Assembly: GCF_009914755.1 (NCBI RefSeq)
Contig: NC_060928.1
Origin: the human T2T-CHM13v2.0 reference genome, Homo sapiens
Length of the DNA: 64,000 nucleotides
Reading direction: 5' to 3' (one strand)
This document shows, piece after piece, positions 12,787 to 24,802 of this stretch; positions within the stretch are counted from its first letter, which is position 1, and each line of letters starts with the position of its first letter. The notes beneath the pieces are model-generated. The model searched no databases. It worked only from the letters and a program-made list of their open reading frames with translations, and was not told the origin of the DNA. Position numbers and translations under genes: made by a program.

Positions 12787-13922
12787 TCAGTAGGGTCCTG
12801 CACAGATGGGACACAGCTTAGGAGGAATCCCGGGCTCTGGGCATTCTTTGGCCCAGTGGCCAGATTTCTGGAACTTGAAATAAGATCCTGGGGGAGGAGG
12901 TCCCATAGGAATGCTTGACTGCTGCAGCTTAGGCATTTGGAAGTTCTTGTATGCTGGAGATGTGGCTGGGGTTTCTCTCACAGTGGACGGAAGGAATTGC
13001 AACTCAGAAATATGTTGCTACTTGGCTGTCTCTATTATTGTACACCTTGAAGGCGAGGTTAATTAAGTCCTGTTGTGGGGTTTGAGGGCCAGAATCTAAT
13101 TTTTGGAGCTTTTTTAATGTCGGGAGCAGGTTGGGTAATAAAATACATATTGAGAATAAGACGGCCTTCTGACTTTTTAGGGTCTAGGGCTGTTAAGAAT
13201 CTCAAGGTTGCTGCCAAATGAGCCATGAACTGGGTTTTTATATTGATGAAAAAGAGCCTAAATGCTATCTGATTTGGGAGAGGTCAGATAAAGAAAAAGG
13301 AACATTAACCTTGGCTATGCCTTTAGCTCCAGCCACCTCTTTAAGAGGAAATTGTTGGGCAGGTGGAGGAGGGCTAGTCACAGAACAAAACTGTAAGCCA
13401 GACTGGGTGTGAGGAGGGGAGGTAATAGAAGGATTATAGGGTGGAGGAGCAGAGGCTGAGGAAGAACTGGGACCTGGCTCAGCCTGGCGAGGAGCAGCCT
13501 GGGGAGGAGGGAAGAGGTCAGATGGCTCTGTAGAAAAGGAAGATTGAAAAGACTCAGCAACACTTGGGGTTGGGACTGAGGGGACAGGCAGGAGGGAAAG
13601 AAGGAAGATTTGGGACGAGTTGCATTGGGAACAGAGATTAGGGAGGGACCAATGTGCAAAAGAATGCCTGGACGTCAGGCACCTCAGATCATTTGCCCAT
13701 TTTTCAACAAAAGTTATCTAGTTCTTGTAGGATGGAGAAATTGAAAGTGCCGTTTTCTGGCCATTTAGAACCATTATCAAGTTTGTATTGGGGCCAAGCA
13801 GTGTTGCAGAAGAAAATAAGGCATTTAGGTTTTAGGTCAGGTGTGAGTTGAAGAGGTTTTAAGTTTTTGAGAACACAGGCTAAGGGAGAAGAGGGAGGAA
13901 TGGAGGATGGAAGGTTGCCCAT
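12787..13922 (-). pseudogene. gag: HERV-H gag remnant (matrix, proline-rich region, degenerate zinc knuckles)
   Basis: MGNLPSSIPPSSPLACVLKNL...FFCNTAWPQYKL...WPENGTFNFSILQELDNFC starts at 13922. Knuckle relics YFKFQKSGHWAKECP and CPICAGP. Broken by stops. Confidence 0.85.
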
Positions 13923-14459
13923 AGTGAAGGAGGCAAGCCCAGAGAAAAGAGACAGTAGAGACACGGAGAGAAGGGGTGGGGGGGTGTTTGCCCCCCAGAA
14001 AAGTGGTGCTTGCCACTAAGGGTGAAGGATCAAGGCAGACGTCCACGCGGTGATCAGACACCTCTGAAATGTGGTGAATAATCAGGCAGGCATCCCCGCA
14101 GTGATTAAACACCAAGGGAAGACTGTTTTTCCGAGTCGGTGACCTGCGCGGAGTTTTGGGTTCATGGATAAAACGCATCTCCTCTGTCTCTACCAGAAAA
14201 GAAAAGGAACTGAAATTAAGAGAAGGGAGAGATTGAAGTGTGGCGCCAAGATTGAAAGGAGAAAGATGTTGAGGGATAGTGAGAGAGGTTGGAGAAGAGA
14301 GTAAACAGAGGCCGCTCACCCGGTTTAAAATTGGTGAGATGTTCCTTGGGCTGGTTGGTCTGAGGACCAGTGGTCATAGGTGGATCGTTCTCAGGGAGCA
14401 AAGAGCAGGAGGACAGGGGATTGATCTCCCAAGGGAGGTCCCCAAAGGGAGGTCCCTTG

Positions 14460-14482
14460 ATGCGAGTCACGTTTCGGCACCA
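14460..14482 (-). promoter_or_regulatory. Retroviral primer-binding site, atypical (Phe/His hybrid)
   Basis: Minus strand TGGTGCCGAAACGTGACTCGCAT, 2 nt after the LTR end. Confidence 0.85.
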
Positions 14483-14484
14483 AA

Positions 14485-14895
14485 TTTCATGCGCGTCCGT
14501 GTGAAGAGACCACCAAACAGGCTTCGTGTGAGCAATAAAGCTTTTTAATCAACTGGGTGCAGGCAGGCTGAGTCTGAAAAGAGAGTCAGTGAAGGGAGAT
14601 AGGGGTGGGGCTGCTTTATAGGATTTGGGTGGGTAGTGGAAAATTACAGTCAAAGGGGGTTGTTCTCTTACGGGCAGTGGCAGGGTTCACAAGGTGCTCA
14701 GTGGGGCAGCTTCTGAGCCAGGAGAAGGAATTTCACAAGGTTAATCACTCAGTTTAGGTGGGGCAGGAACAAATCACAATGGTGGAATGTTATCTGTTAA
14801 AGCAGGAAACGGCCATTTTCACTTCGTTTGTGATTCCTCACTTGCTTCAGGCCATCTGGATGTATACGGGCTGGCTTGGGTTCAGAGGCCTGACA
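14485..14895 (-). mobile_element. 5' LTR of HERV-H (LTR7B-like)
   Basis: Minus strand TGTCAGGCCTCTGAACCCAAGCC...TATAAA...ATTAAAAAGCTTTATTGCTCACAC...CATGAAA. Confidence 0.92.
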
Positions 14896-15124
14896 GGAAT
14901 CTACCTATTTACAGTTTTCTAGCCTTCAGCTAAGGAAAGTCCCAAGTTAACTGTTACATGGTTCAGTCATCTAGCAAGATATTGAGGAAAAGTGAAAAGT
15001 CAATATAAAGAACAAAGTAAATACAGAAAAATGGAGTAGTTTTGCTATGCCTATTAATATATTATACATATAATATGTAACATGTATTATATACATAAAA
15101 TATACTTTTTATTTACTACATATC

Positions 15125-15691
15125 ACATAGATAATTGGTTCTGTTTCTCTGAAAAGATTCTTTTGAGAGAAAATAAGAGAGAGAGGGAACAAGAGAGAGA
15201 GAAACAAACAAATTTATGTATATGTATATCCTACTGGTTCTGTTTCTCTGGAGAGAATAGATATATATTCTCTAGAGAGAGAGAGAGAGAAGGATTTATG
15301 ATGGGAATTGGCTTACATTATTATGAAGGCCGAGAAGTCCCACAATCTGCCATCTATTTACAAGCTAGAGAACCAGAAAAGCCATGGCTTAAAACAGTCT
15401 GAGTCCAACAAGTCTGAAAGCCGAAGAAACAGGAGCACTGATGTCAAAGGACAGGAAAAGATAAATGTTCCTGCTCTAGCCCAATCTTCCTTTTTATTCT
15501 TTTTTGTTCTATTCAGGCCCTGGATGGATTGGATGAGGCCCACCCATGTTGGTGAGGGCAACTCTTTACTCAGATTCAAATGCTAATCTTTTCCAGAAAC
15601 GCCCTCACAGACACACCCAGAAATAATATTTTACCAGCTCTCTAGGCATCCCTCAGCCCAGTCAAGTTGACACATAAAATTAATCATGACA
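15125..15691 (-). mobile_element. MLT2C/MLT2D-type LTR with rearranged microsatellite-bearing end
   Basis: 'cacagacacacccagaaataat...cagtcaagttgacacataaaattaatcatgaca'; (GA)n tract. Confidence 0.8.
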
Positions 15692-16108
15692 GATCATGTG
15701 TATCAATAAGGAGGTGACTCTGGAATTCTCTGCCTCAAGTTTCGTGTTAGTGAGGTTCTGAATGCTCAATGACATGCTGACTACACAGAGTAGAGAAGAT
15801 TTCTTGGAGCAGCTAATTCAGCTGAATATTTGATCAAAGGTGATCACCTATGAAGAAAATAATTATGCTTTTTATTAAGTTGTGCTTTAAATTCTCTAAA
15901 TTTGCCATTTTCTCTAATAATTAGCTCAAGTATTGTCCTGTCTCAAGAAACTTAAAAAAATAAAACAGGCAATTTTTGTTTACTGAAAGAGAACTGTGGA
16001 AACAAAGACTTTTCATTAAAAATCAATTTCTTAGGAAAATTATTATGTGACAGTACTCATTGCATAACATAATGGTGAGGAATAGATTGAAATACTAGAG
16101 AAACAAAC

Positions 16109-16471
16109 TCACGCGCGTCCATGTGAAGAGACCACCAAACAGGTTTTGTGTGAGCAGCAAGGCTGTTTATTTCACCTGGGTGCAGGCGGGCTGAGTCCGA
16201 AAAGAGTCGGCAAAGGGAGATAGAGGTGGGGCCATTTTATAGGATTTGGGTAGGTAGAGGAAAATTACAGCCAAAAGGGATTGTTCTCTGGTGGGCAGGG
16301 ACAGAGGTCACAAGGTGCTCAGTGGGGGAGCTTCAGAGCCAGGAGAAGGAATTTCGCAAGATAATGTCATCAGTTAAGGCAGGAACTGGCCATTTTCACT
16401 TCTTTTGTGATTCTTCACTTGCTTCAGGACATCTGGATGTGTAGTGCAGGCTTGGGCTCAGAGGCCTGACA
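16109..16471 (-). mobile_element. LTR7-family solo LTR (different subtype from the provirus LTR)
   Basis: TGTCAGGCCTCTGAGCCCAAGCCTGCAC start; AATAAA-type poly(A) signal; perfect TSD caaac at 16104-16108 and 16472-16476. Confidence 0.95.
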
Positions 16472-18744
16472 CAAACCTATAATTATATTCATTAATCTTA
16501 TTTTCAACATTTGAAAATGAATCGTGAAAAATTTTATTAAGTGTCAAAACTTTATAAATGCTTTATATATCTAAAGATTATTTAAATTTTAGACCAATGT
16601 AACCATTTTTCCTCCTTTACAAAATTTCTAATACTTTATACGTTTCCATTCTTCTTTGGTGGCATGGAGAAAATAATTCCCATTGAAGAACAGAGATTGG
16701 TCTGTATAATTATTATTTGACACCATGTATATTTACCAGGTGCTTTCTGCATTTACAGCATTGAGGTCCCAAACATACATGGCATGAGAGAAAGACCAGC
16801 ACACAGCCCCTTTCCAAAGAGTTCAAGGAGAATTGACTGCTATTTTTTTCTATAACAAAGTGTCTGGATTATGACTGTTTCAACTTTCGAAGCTTCTGAA
16901 CACAGAACAGTTTAATAAGCTCAGTGATCTCTAAGAAACATTTGCCAGAAAGAAAACCTGCGGATCATGATTTCAAAGTGACTCAAACAGAGCTTTTCGC
17001 TACAAAGTGCCTTTTCAATTAGAATGCTGGAAATCAGACAGTGCAAAGATGTAAGGTAACCAGGGAAGGCAAGTTAGGGCTGCCTATGGCTAGATAGAAC
17101 TATTCCTTTCTCGTTTAGTTCAGCTCCTTGAAGAAACCTGAGGTGCAAGAGCAGCACATACCAATTTCTTGCATTTTCTCCCTTGTTTTGGTCTTGAGTG
17201 CCTTTATATGGTGTCTTATTCCTTCAAGTCTATTGTGAAGCTTCTATTAGTTTTTAAAAGCTTTTGTTTCCAAGAAGTAGGTTGCTACCTCTCCCACAAC
17301 AAGAAAATAAAATTACTAAGTACTACAACCTTGGGCCTGTTTCTAATCATTGGGAGATAAAATGAGGGGATCATTTGACAGTCACTGTACGCTGGAAACA
17401 TCAACTAATGACCTTTATTACTAATGACCTGGGCCCTCAGGCAATGAACCTAGACAACACTGATTAAGAGAGAAGCCTGCTGGTTTTTACAGCCATATAA
17501 AATTGAAGGAATCTTTGTGTTTAATAGAGAAGGAGTAGGACAGAGAAAGAAACGTAAAAATGAATGAGCTATAAAAAAAAAGACTTTTTTTCTTCCATTG
17601 TGCTGCATATTAGAGAACTAGTTAATAAATAGTAAGGCTCAGAAATACTTTTGAATTAATGTGTGGGACTGAGTCTTTGGAATAGATGAGTCTTTAAAAA
17701 ATAACAATTATCCGCTGAATCCTGCAATCCTGTACACTTTGTCTACATGTCCCTAGAAAATGTGTCATGTCTAAACACAGCTATATCAAGCACCACAGAC
17801 TTAGCAGAGTCTTCACAACTTCCCACCTGACTTCTGTAGTGAGTTTATCCATTAATATAATAAGAGTCCTCAGGGGTCTCTTCTGTTAAGTGCTCTTTCC
17901 GTTCTCCTGAAGTGGCACCAGGGGACTGCTCCACTGCTCCTCTTGGCAGGGTGTTTTTACACAGGAACCACCCACTACTTAAAACACTTCATTGAGATTC
18001 CTGTCCAAACTTTATTTAACCGTTGTTAGTCCATTTGTCCATGTCCTAGGGGTGTAATTAATGTAGCTGCTTCATATCCCCTCTTCATTTTAAAAGGACG
18101 TTAATACTTAAATCCACACTGGTCTCAAATATTTCAACCATTATGTTCACACATAGTGATTATTTCTGTAGTTGCATTAGAAAATTATCTTATAAAAATG
18201 ATTTGAAGAAGAAATATTGTGAAAAACCATAGAAGCAGATTAAATAAAATTAAAATCACACACAAGCCCAACACCCCATAGATGTCATCAGTTTTACCAG
18301 TTGGTTATATTTTCGAAGAACCTATCTTTCTTAAAAAAGTGAGTTTACACAATGTATAGAATTCTTATATTCCTCTTTTTATTGAACAGTGTATTGAGAA
18401 AATTTTCCTATGATGTTGGGAATGTAACTTTATTGGCAGTCCATGCTGAACATGTGGAATGTGCTACTCCAACAGATATTCCAGAGGAAAATAATCAGAT
18501 CAAACAATATGTTATTTCAAAGCCAATCAGCACATAATTCATAGCTGTTAAATTCAGCTTCTTGGTTAATATATGAACTGGTTGTGAGAATTGACAAATT
18601 GTTTCTAAGCTCCCGAATAATATTACTAATTTAACTAGCTTATGACTTATTAAAATGCTTTCCCTAAGAAGAATAAGATACAACATTAGATCATTGTTAG
18701 AGGAAAAAACGATTAACTGTATTTTAATGGATCCAGTGTATTAA

Positions 18745-18850
18745 TTATGTAGGCGATGGTTACCCTGAAAGCCTACACTTCACAACTACACACTGGGTCC
18801 AAGTAACAAAGCTGCACTTGCTCCCTTCAAATTTATATTAATTTTTTAAA
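18745..18850 (+). mobile_element. Short L1PB/L1MA 3'-end fragment
   Basis: 'gatggttaccctgaaagcctacacttcacaactac...gtaacaaagctgcacttg' resembles that 3' terminus. Confidence 0.6.
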
Positions 18851-18909
18851 AGTGTTTTTTCTCCCCTTTGTAGAGATATGTTGAGTTTGACAATCATACA
18901 TTTGGATCT

Positions 18910-19350
18910 GTTTCATTCCTTCATGCATGAATTAATTCAACAAACATTTATTACTAGAGATTATGTTAGGTGTTGTCAATACTAAAGAAAAAAATAGAAA
19001 AGAGCTTGACACTCATGTATCTTACATTCTAATAATGGGAGCATATAAAATCTAGGGAAGAAAGAGCAATGTGCTAGACAGCTTTCTGGAAGGATTAAAT
19101 CTGTCAACAGAGTTCTCCATCAGGAGTTAGCATTGAAATTGAGACCAATGCATGACAATGAGAAGAAGTGTGGGCAAAGTATTTCAGTCAGAAAAACATC
19201 TGCAAGGCCCCTGAGGCAAGAAAGATCTTGGCCTCTTTGGGAAACAGAAGTGAGAGCAGTTGCTGGTGAAAGCAATTAAGGTAAGAGAGGTATTGAAGTG
19301 AGGATAGAGAGGAGCTGGGGCCAGATTTGTGCAGTGCCTTCAGGGCATGG
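18910..19350 (-). mobile_element. L2 relic
   Basis: 'cattccttcatgcatgaattaattcaacaaacattta' L2 tail; 'tgcaaggcccctgaggcaag'. Confidence 0.65.
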
Positions 19351-19779
19351 CAAGTGTTGGGGCCAAACCGAAGGCAACACATTATTCCTGTTCTTGGAGG
19401 TCCCACAGAAAGGTGAGAATTTCCACTTCTCAGAAGGGAAACACAGCATGAGAATTCTAATCCATTTACCTGAGAAGAATAGAAGAGTATGTCGGTTTTA
19501 CTCTCTTCTGCATCCTTGTTTTGGCCTAAGAGCTCCGAAAATGGTAACAATTCCCTGCAAACTCTGTCCTTCACGAGGAAAGCCAGGGTCCAGGCCTGCC
19601 TTCTAGAGGCAGGTCTGTAAGTTGGCCTCTCTCTGTGAAGTCATGATTCTGCATCTCTATGTCCTCTCTGCAGACTCAAACATGCCCTTAAGCGTGCCTC
19701 TTCCAAGGGCTGGATAAGTGATGAGTACATCTGTGTTTGCCATATTATCTAAAAAATGTCATAAACACTTAATGGGGCT

Positions 19780-19980
19780 GCCATGCTGCTTAAACATATG
19801 AACTCATTTATTCCTCAAAACAACCTTGAGGTGAGTATGATTATTTTTCCTATTTTATAGGTAGAGAAATTGAGGCACAAATAAATTAAATGACAACTCA
19901 ATGTGCAGTGGAGAGCTAGTTAGTAGTAGACCCGGAATTTGAACTCAGGTTGCCACTAAAGTCTATGCTTTCAGCCATAT
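19780..19980 (-). mobile_element. MIR
   Basis: 'ctcatttattcctcaaaacaaccttgaggt...attttataggtagagaaattgaggcac...ggaatttgaactcagg'. Confidence 0.75.
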
Positions 19981-20043
19981 CATTAATGTCTCTTCAACTC
20001 TGCTGTGTATCTGCAATACTTTAATGAAAAATTTAAATATTAG

Positions 20044-20595
20044 TGTGGAAGACAGACACCAAAATGACTCCAAATTATCTCTACTTCTTTGCATTAATGG
20101 CCTTGTGTAACCCTTTCACCTTGAGTGTGGAAGGGACCCGTTACTTGCTTTTAACCAATAAAATATGGCAAAGGGCTGGAGTGTTGCTTTCATGATTACA
20201 TTACATAAGATTGCAGTTTCCATCTGGCTAGGAGCCTATTGACTCGCTCCTTTGTGGGTTTGGATGAAGTAAGCTTGCCATTGGAAAGGCCCACATGACA
20301 AGAAACTGAAAATGGCCTCTGACCAACATTCATCAAGGGTCTGAGACTCCCAGTCCAGTAGCCAACAAGAAACTGAATCCCGCCAAAAGTGGATCCTTCC
20401 CTCCTTAATTGTCAGATGATTGTCCTGCCCTACTAACTCTTTGATTGTACCCTCGTGATAGGTCCTAAAGCAGAGGACCTAACTAACCATGTCTGGATTC
20501 CTGACACAACAGAAACTATGAGATTAAAAAAAAAGTACTATTTTTAGTCACCAAATTTATTGTAATTTGCTGTGCAGAAATAGATGACAAATTCA
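20044..20595 (+). mobile_element. MLT1E/F-type MaLR LTR
   Basis: 'ttgtgtaaccctttcaccttgagtgtgg', 'aggcccacatgacaagaaactga', 'aagcagaggacctaactaacc...gattcctgac'. Confidence 0.75.
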
Positions 20596-21659
20596 GCTGG
20601 TAGTAGGGCATATATATTGGCTAGAGCGGCAGTATATTAGTGACATATTGGCACCAATACACTGTTTTCTCCTTATCTTCTATCTCTTGTTCAAGTTGTG
20701 ATACTATTATAGCCTGAGTATTCTTTCTGGAACTGGATATATCATGTCCTTTCTAGATCATGGCTAGTTCTCAAAAGGGGAAGTCAACTAGTTTGGGCTG
20801 CTTTCCTGGAATCATCAGATCCACAGTTGGTAGCCTTACTCATGATGACCTGCAGTCCCCTTGCATGGCTTTATCATATCGTTTTCTTCACTGGACCATC
20901 CTCTCAAGACCGTCCATTGGAAGCAGTTACTTTCTCACTGACTCACACCACACGTAACACACTCATGAAAAGTAGAAATACATTATCATCAGTCTAATTT
21001 CATTGTTTTGGTTAGAATAACAACAATAAAAGAAAAATAAAATACAAGCCAATAGTCAAGTGGCAATAACCAGTACTAGGTTATTACTTCTGTTTTCTTA
21101 TCAGAGTCCTTGTAATTTATAATCAAATTATATTTGTTTTCTCTCCTTTACTCACTGGCTCAGCAAATGTTGTAGAATAAAAGGAATAAATAAAAGCATC
21201 AATTGATTTCACTTATGGCAAAGATCGCTGGACAGTGAGAAGCATCAGAAAGGAAAAACACAAGAAAGAATTATAAGATGAAGAGACAGCGAAATAAAAA
21301 TAAAGGAGTACAAAAAGCAGCACACTTTGTCTTTACCAGAAAATAAAATTTGCCCTGATATTTAAAGCGGCAGTTAAGCAAACTGACACTAAATTCACAT
21401 GTAACTATTCCCTACTCCATCCTTTAACAGGTCTAGAGTCAGAACAACTTTCATAAATGCTATGGCTAACTTTTCATCTGTGAGATTTTAAAAACTATTC
21501 CATTTACTAAAAAGATTTCACTGATCAATAGTTCCTGTTTAGTTTGTGGGTTATTATTAATTTCCATTAATTTAAAAATATCATAAAGGGCAGCAACTAT
21601 TTTATGAATAAACATAATTGCATCCCCCAAAGATTTTACTGACTTATCTCGCAAGGTTT

Positions 21660-21703
21660 TGTTGTTGGTGTTGGTGTTGGTGTTGTTGTTGGTGGTGGTG
21701 GTG
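21660..21703 (+). repeat. Compound (GTT)n/(GGT)n microsatellite
   Basis: Direct inspection. Confidence 0.9.
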
Positions 21704-23375
21704 GCTTTGGTTTAATATTAATGGAGCATTATATGAAGAATACAATTCAGAACATGACACAGGCTAATTCTCAGCTGAAATAAAGCCTTTTAGAAAGCTA
21801 ACATTTTTAAAAGCAGAGAAAGTGTAGTAGATTCAAAATCGTGCACTTCAATTTACACAAAATATTCACAGTGTATTATGTCACAGGTGAAGAGAATAGT
21901 GATACTAGATACTTAGATTGGACCAGATCTATAATCTCCAATGGTCAGTTAGAATTTTAACATAAAATACTTAAATTATCCACAGCAGATCACTGAGAAA
22001 AGTATGTATGGTCAGCTTGTGCTCTAAATTTACCATTTCAAAACCTTCATTAACTATAAACATATGAAAAAGTCAACATCCTCAGCATTAAAAAGGTCAA
22101 ATTCACATTATTAATCTATACTTCATTTATACACTGGTTTATTTTCTCACCAAATAGATTTTCTTCCTTTTTAATTATCTATTTTTGTCAAATATGCCAC
22201 TATAAACCAGAGACTCAAGCCAAAAATATAGTCATTCTAGGGTTTGACTTCTTTAGCCACTACTCTAGGCATTGGAATCAAGGACCTGTTGGTTAAGTCT
22301 CCTTACTACACTGTGAATCCACTGCTATCCCGTCACTATTTCAGATTCCTTTTAAATGTGGCTTGCCTCTGCTTCTGAAATAGTCTCCAAATTTGTCTCC
22401 CTGCTTTTGTGCTTCCCTCACATCTTTCCTCCACAGTTCATGTCAGTGTGATATTCCTAAGATTGAGTTCACGCTTATCAACCCACCACCCCTAAAACCA
22501 TCTATAGTTTCTCAATACCTTTTGACTAAAGTTCCAGTTTTTCAAAATGACATACAGAGTCCTGAGGAATGACACAGGGACCTTCAGAATTCTCTGCCTT
22601 CAGTCATATTTCTCCTAACATAGCCCACCCTGTGCCGTTCTTTTTCAAACTGCTTAGATGTCTTGTGTTTGTGAAGTTCCCTCATGCCAATCAACATCCG
22701 ACCTGGTTATGCCACGTCACCGTGTCTTTTCTATTTCTGGTTGCTCTCCCTAGAAGAGCTTCACTGCTCTGACCAGGAAAAGGATATTTGGCCATCTTTC
22801 AACAAGACATCCTAACCCCTCCCCATCCAAACAGAAATGAGCACTTCTAGACTTCAGCCATTGTCAACTTTCTACATATTTTCATAATCTATAATACTTT
22901 TATACACATATTTATGTGTTCTTATTCTAAAGTAGGTCATAAATACCTAAAATAAATTTGTTTTTGCATCCTGAACACCTAGAAAGAATGCCATAAATGT
23001 TCATTTATGGATTTATTTTGAAATAATAAATATATATTATGATATAAACTATTCAGTTTATATAGCTTCATTTATTGTACATTTGATTTTTATTTGAACA
23101 AAAAATCATAAGGTCATGATAATATACAAAAATGTAGAAATACAAATGTTTGACATATTATCCATTGTGAATTTTTCTTGAATATTCTCCCCTTTACTTT
23201 GCTTTATTCCCCATTTCGAGAAGTTAGACTTTTTCTTACTCAATACAGTATCTCATGGGAGTGATGGAAAAGGTAGAAAAGAGACTTGTTCTGCCTGTTG
23301 CCTTCCAAGAGCCTAGTTCCCTTAGTAAATGAAAAAATATTATGTATACAATAAGTATTTAAGAGGGGTACACTA

Positions 23376-23704
<329 letters not shown>

Positions 23705-24639
23705 TTACCCCAAATGGAAAAATGTCTCTTGGAAAAGAGACAAGGGAGATACGGGACATGATGAGGACAACATATTAAAATGGGCGGTTCCCTCCCAGAA
23801 AAAAGAGTCTGAGCCTTTCTTCACAAACAGTACCAAAGAAGTGGAGAAGCAGACCCTCAGCCTTCCAGGGATTTCTGTGCTCTTCTTTACATGGAAAGAG
23901 CAGCGTGACAGTTGTGCCTATGAATATGACTGGAGCATAGAGGAAACAGAACCACCTGAGGAGTCAAGGAGGAACAAGAGATGCCGAAGTGGCAACTTAG
24001 TGGTATATGGATTGGTAAACAGTCCAGACAAAACAGTGGATCTTACTCATATAAAAAGAAGACATTGAGGCCCCAGTGAGTCCCTCCAATGACTTTTATA
24101 ACATTTCCCAAAACTTAATATCATCTTAGGAAAAAGAAAGGGATTGGTTCTATCTTGAATAAAATTATGTTTCTGCCATACTGGCAAAAATTTATTTGAG
24201 TTATAGAAAATAAACTTCTATGGAAACAAAGATTCCTACCTGCTACATAAGTTTGAGGCAGAGCATTCCCAGACAGAAACTTCATTTATAGCCAATATTT
24301 GTTCCAGTTACCTTAATAACAATACTCTTCATTGAATACTGCATCAGTCACTCAGGTGATTGAGTCAGCCATTTATATCATCATGGTTGACAGGTTTTCA
24401 ATCACTGTACTTTTGTCAATTAAATATAAGCATATATGCCTCACTACTGTTTCTGTTTCTGTTTACTGGTTTCAACTTCAACTAATTCTTGGCTTGATTT
24501 CAAATTTATCACATTTTAAGTAATTCAAGGTATGACTTTACAAGAAAAGTCTTCAGAAAGTTTCACCACCCCCTCTAGCACAACTGAGAATGAATAATTT
24601 ACACCTTTCCCAGGTAGCTTACTGCTTCATCTCTTGTAT

Positions 24640-24802
24640 CATAGATATTTATGTGACTTTCTTATTATCTGTCCTAGCCTATAAGCTCCTAGATGATCTA
24701 CTTATTTTTGTGTATTAAACATTTTTGTATCTCCCACAGGGTCTTGTAAACTTATTTAAAGGTGGAGGTGCTCAGTAAATATTTATTGAACCAATGAATA
24801 AA
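24640..24802 (+). mobile_element. L2 3'-end relic
   Basis: 'tataagctcct...aggtgctcagtaaatatttattgaaccaatgaata'. Confidence 0.6.

Larger units (their letters stand above)
11805..14895 (-). mobile_element. HERV-H provirus, internally deleted (5' LTR, leader, gag/pro, start of pol, fused to a partial 3' LTR)
   Basis: Two LTR7-type LTRs, a PBS, and gag/pro/RT peptide remnants. 5-bp TSD gaaat (11800-11804) / ggaat (14896-14900), 1 mismatch. Confidence 0.95.

Noticed and set aside
17404-17430. Short direct repeats (actaatgacct x2; similar at 43025-43050, 52511-52555, 55941-55960)
   Set aside because: Ordinary slippage-scale duplications with no further structure.
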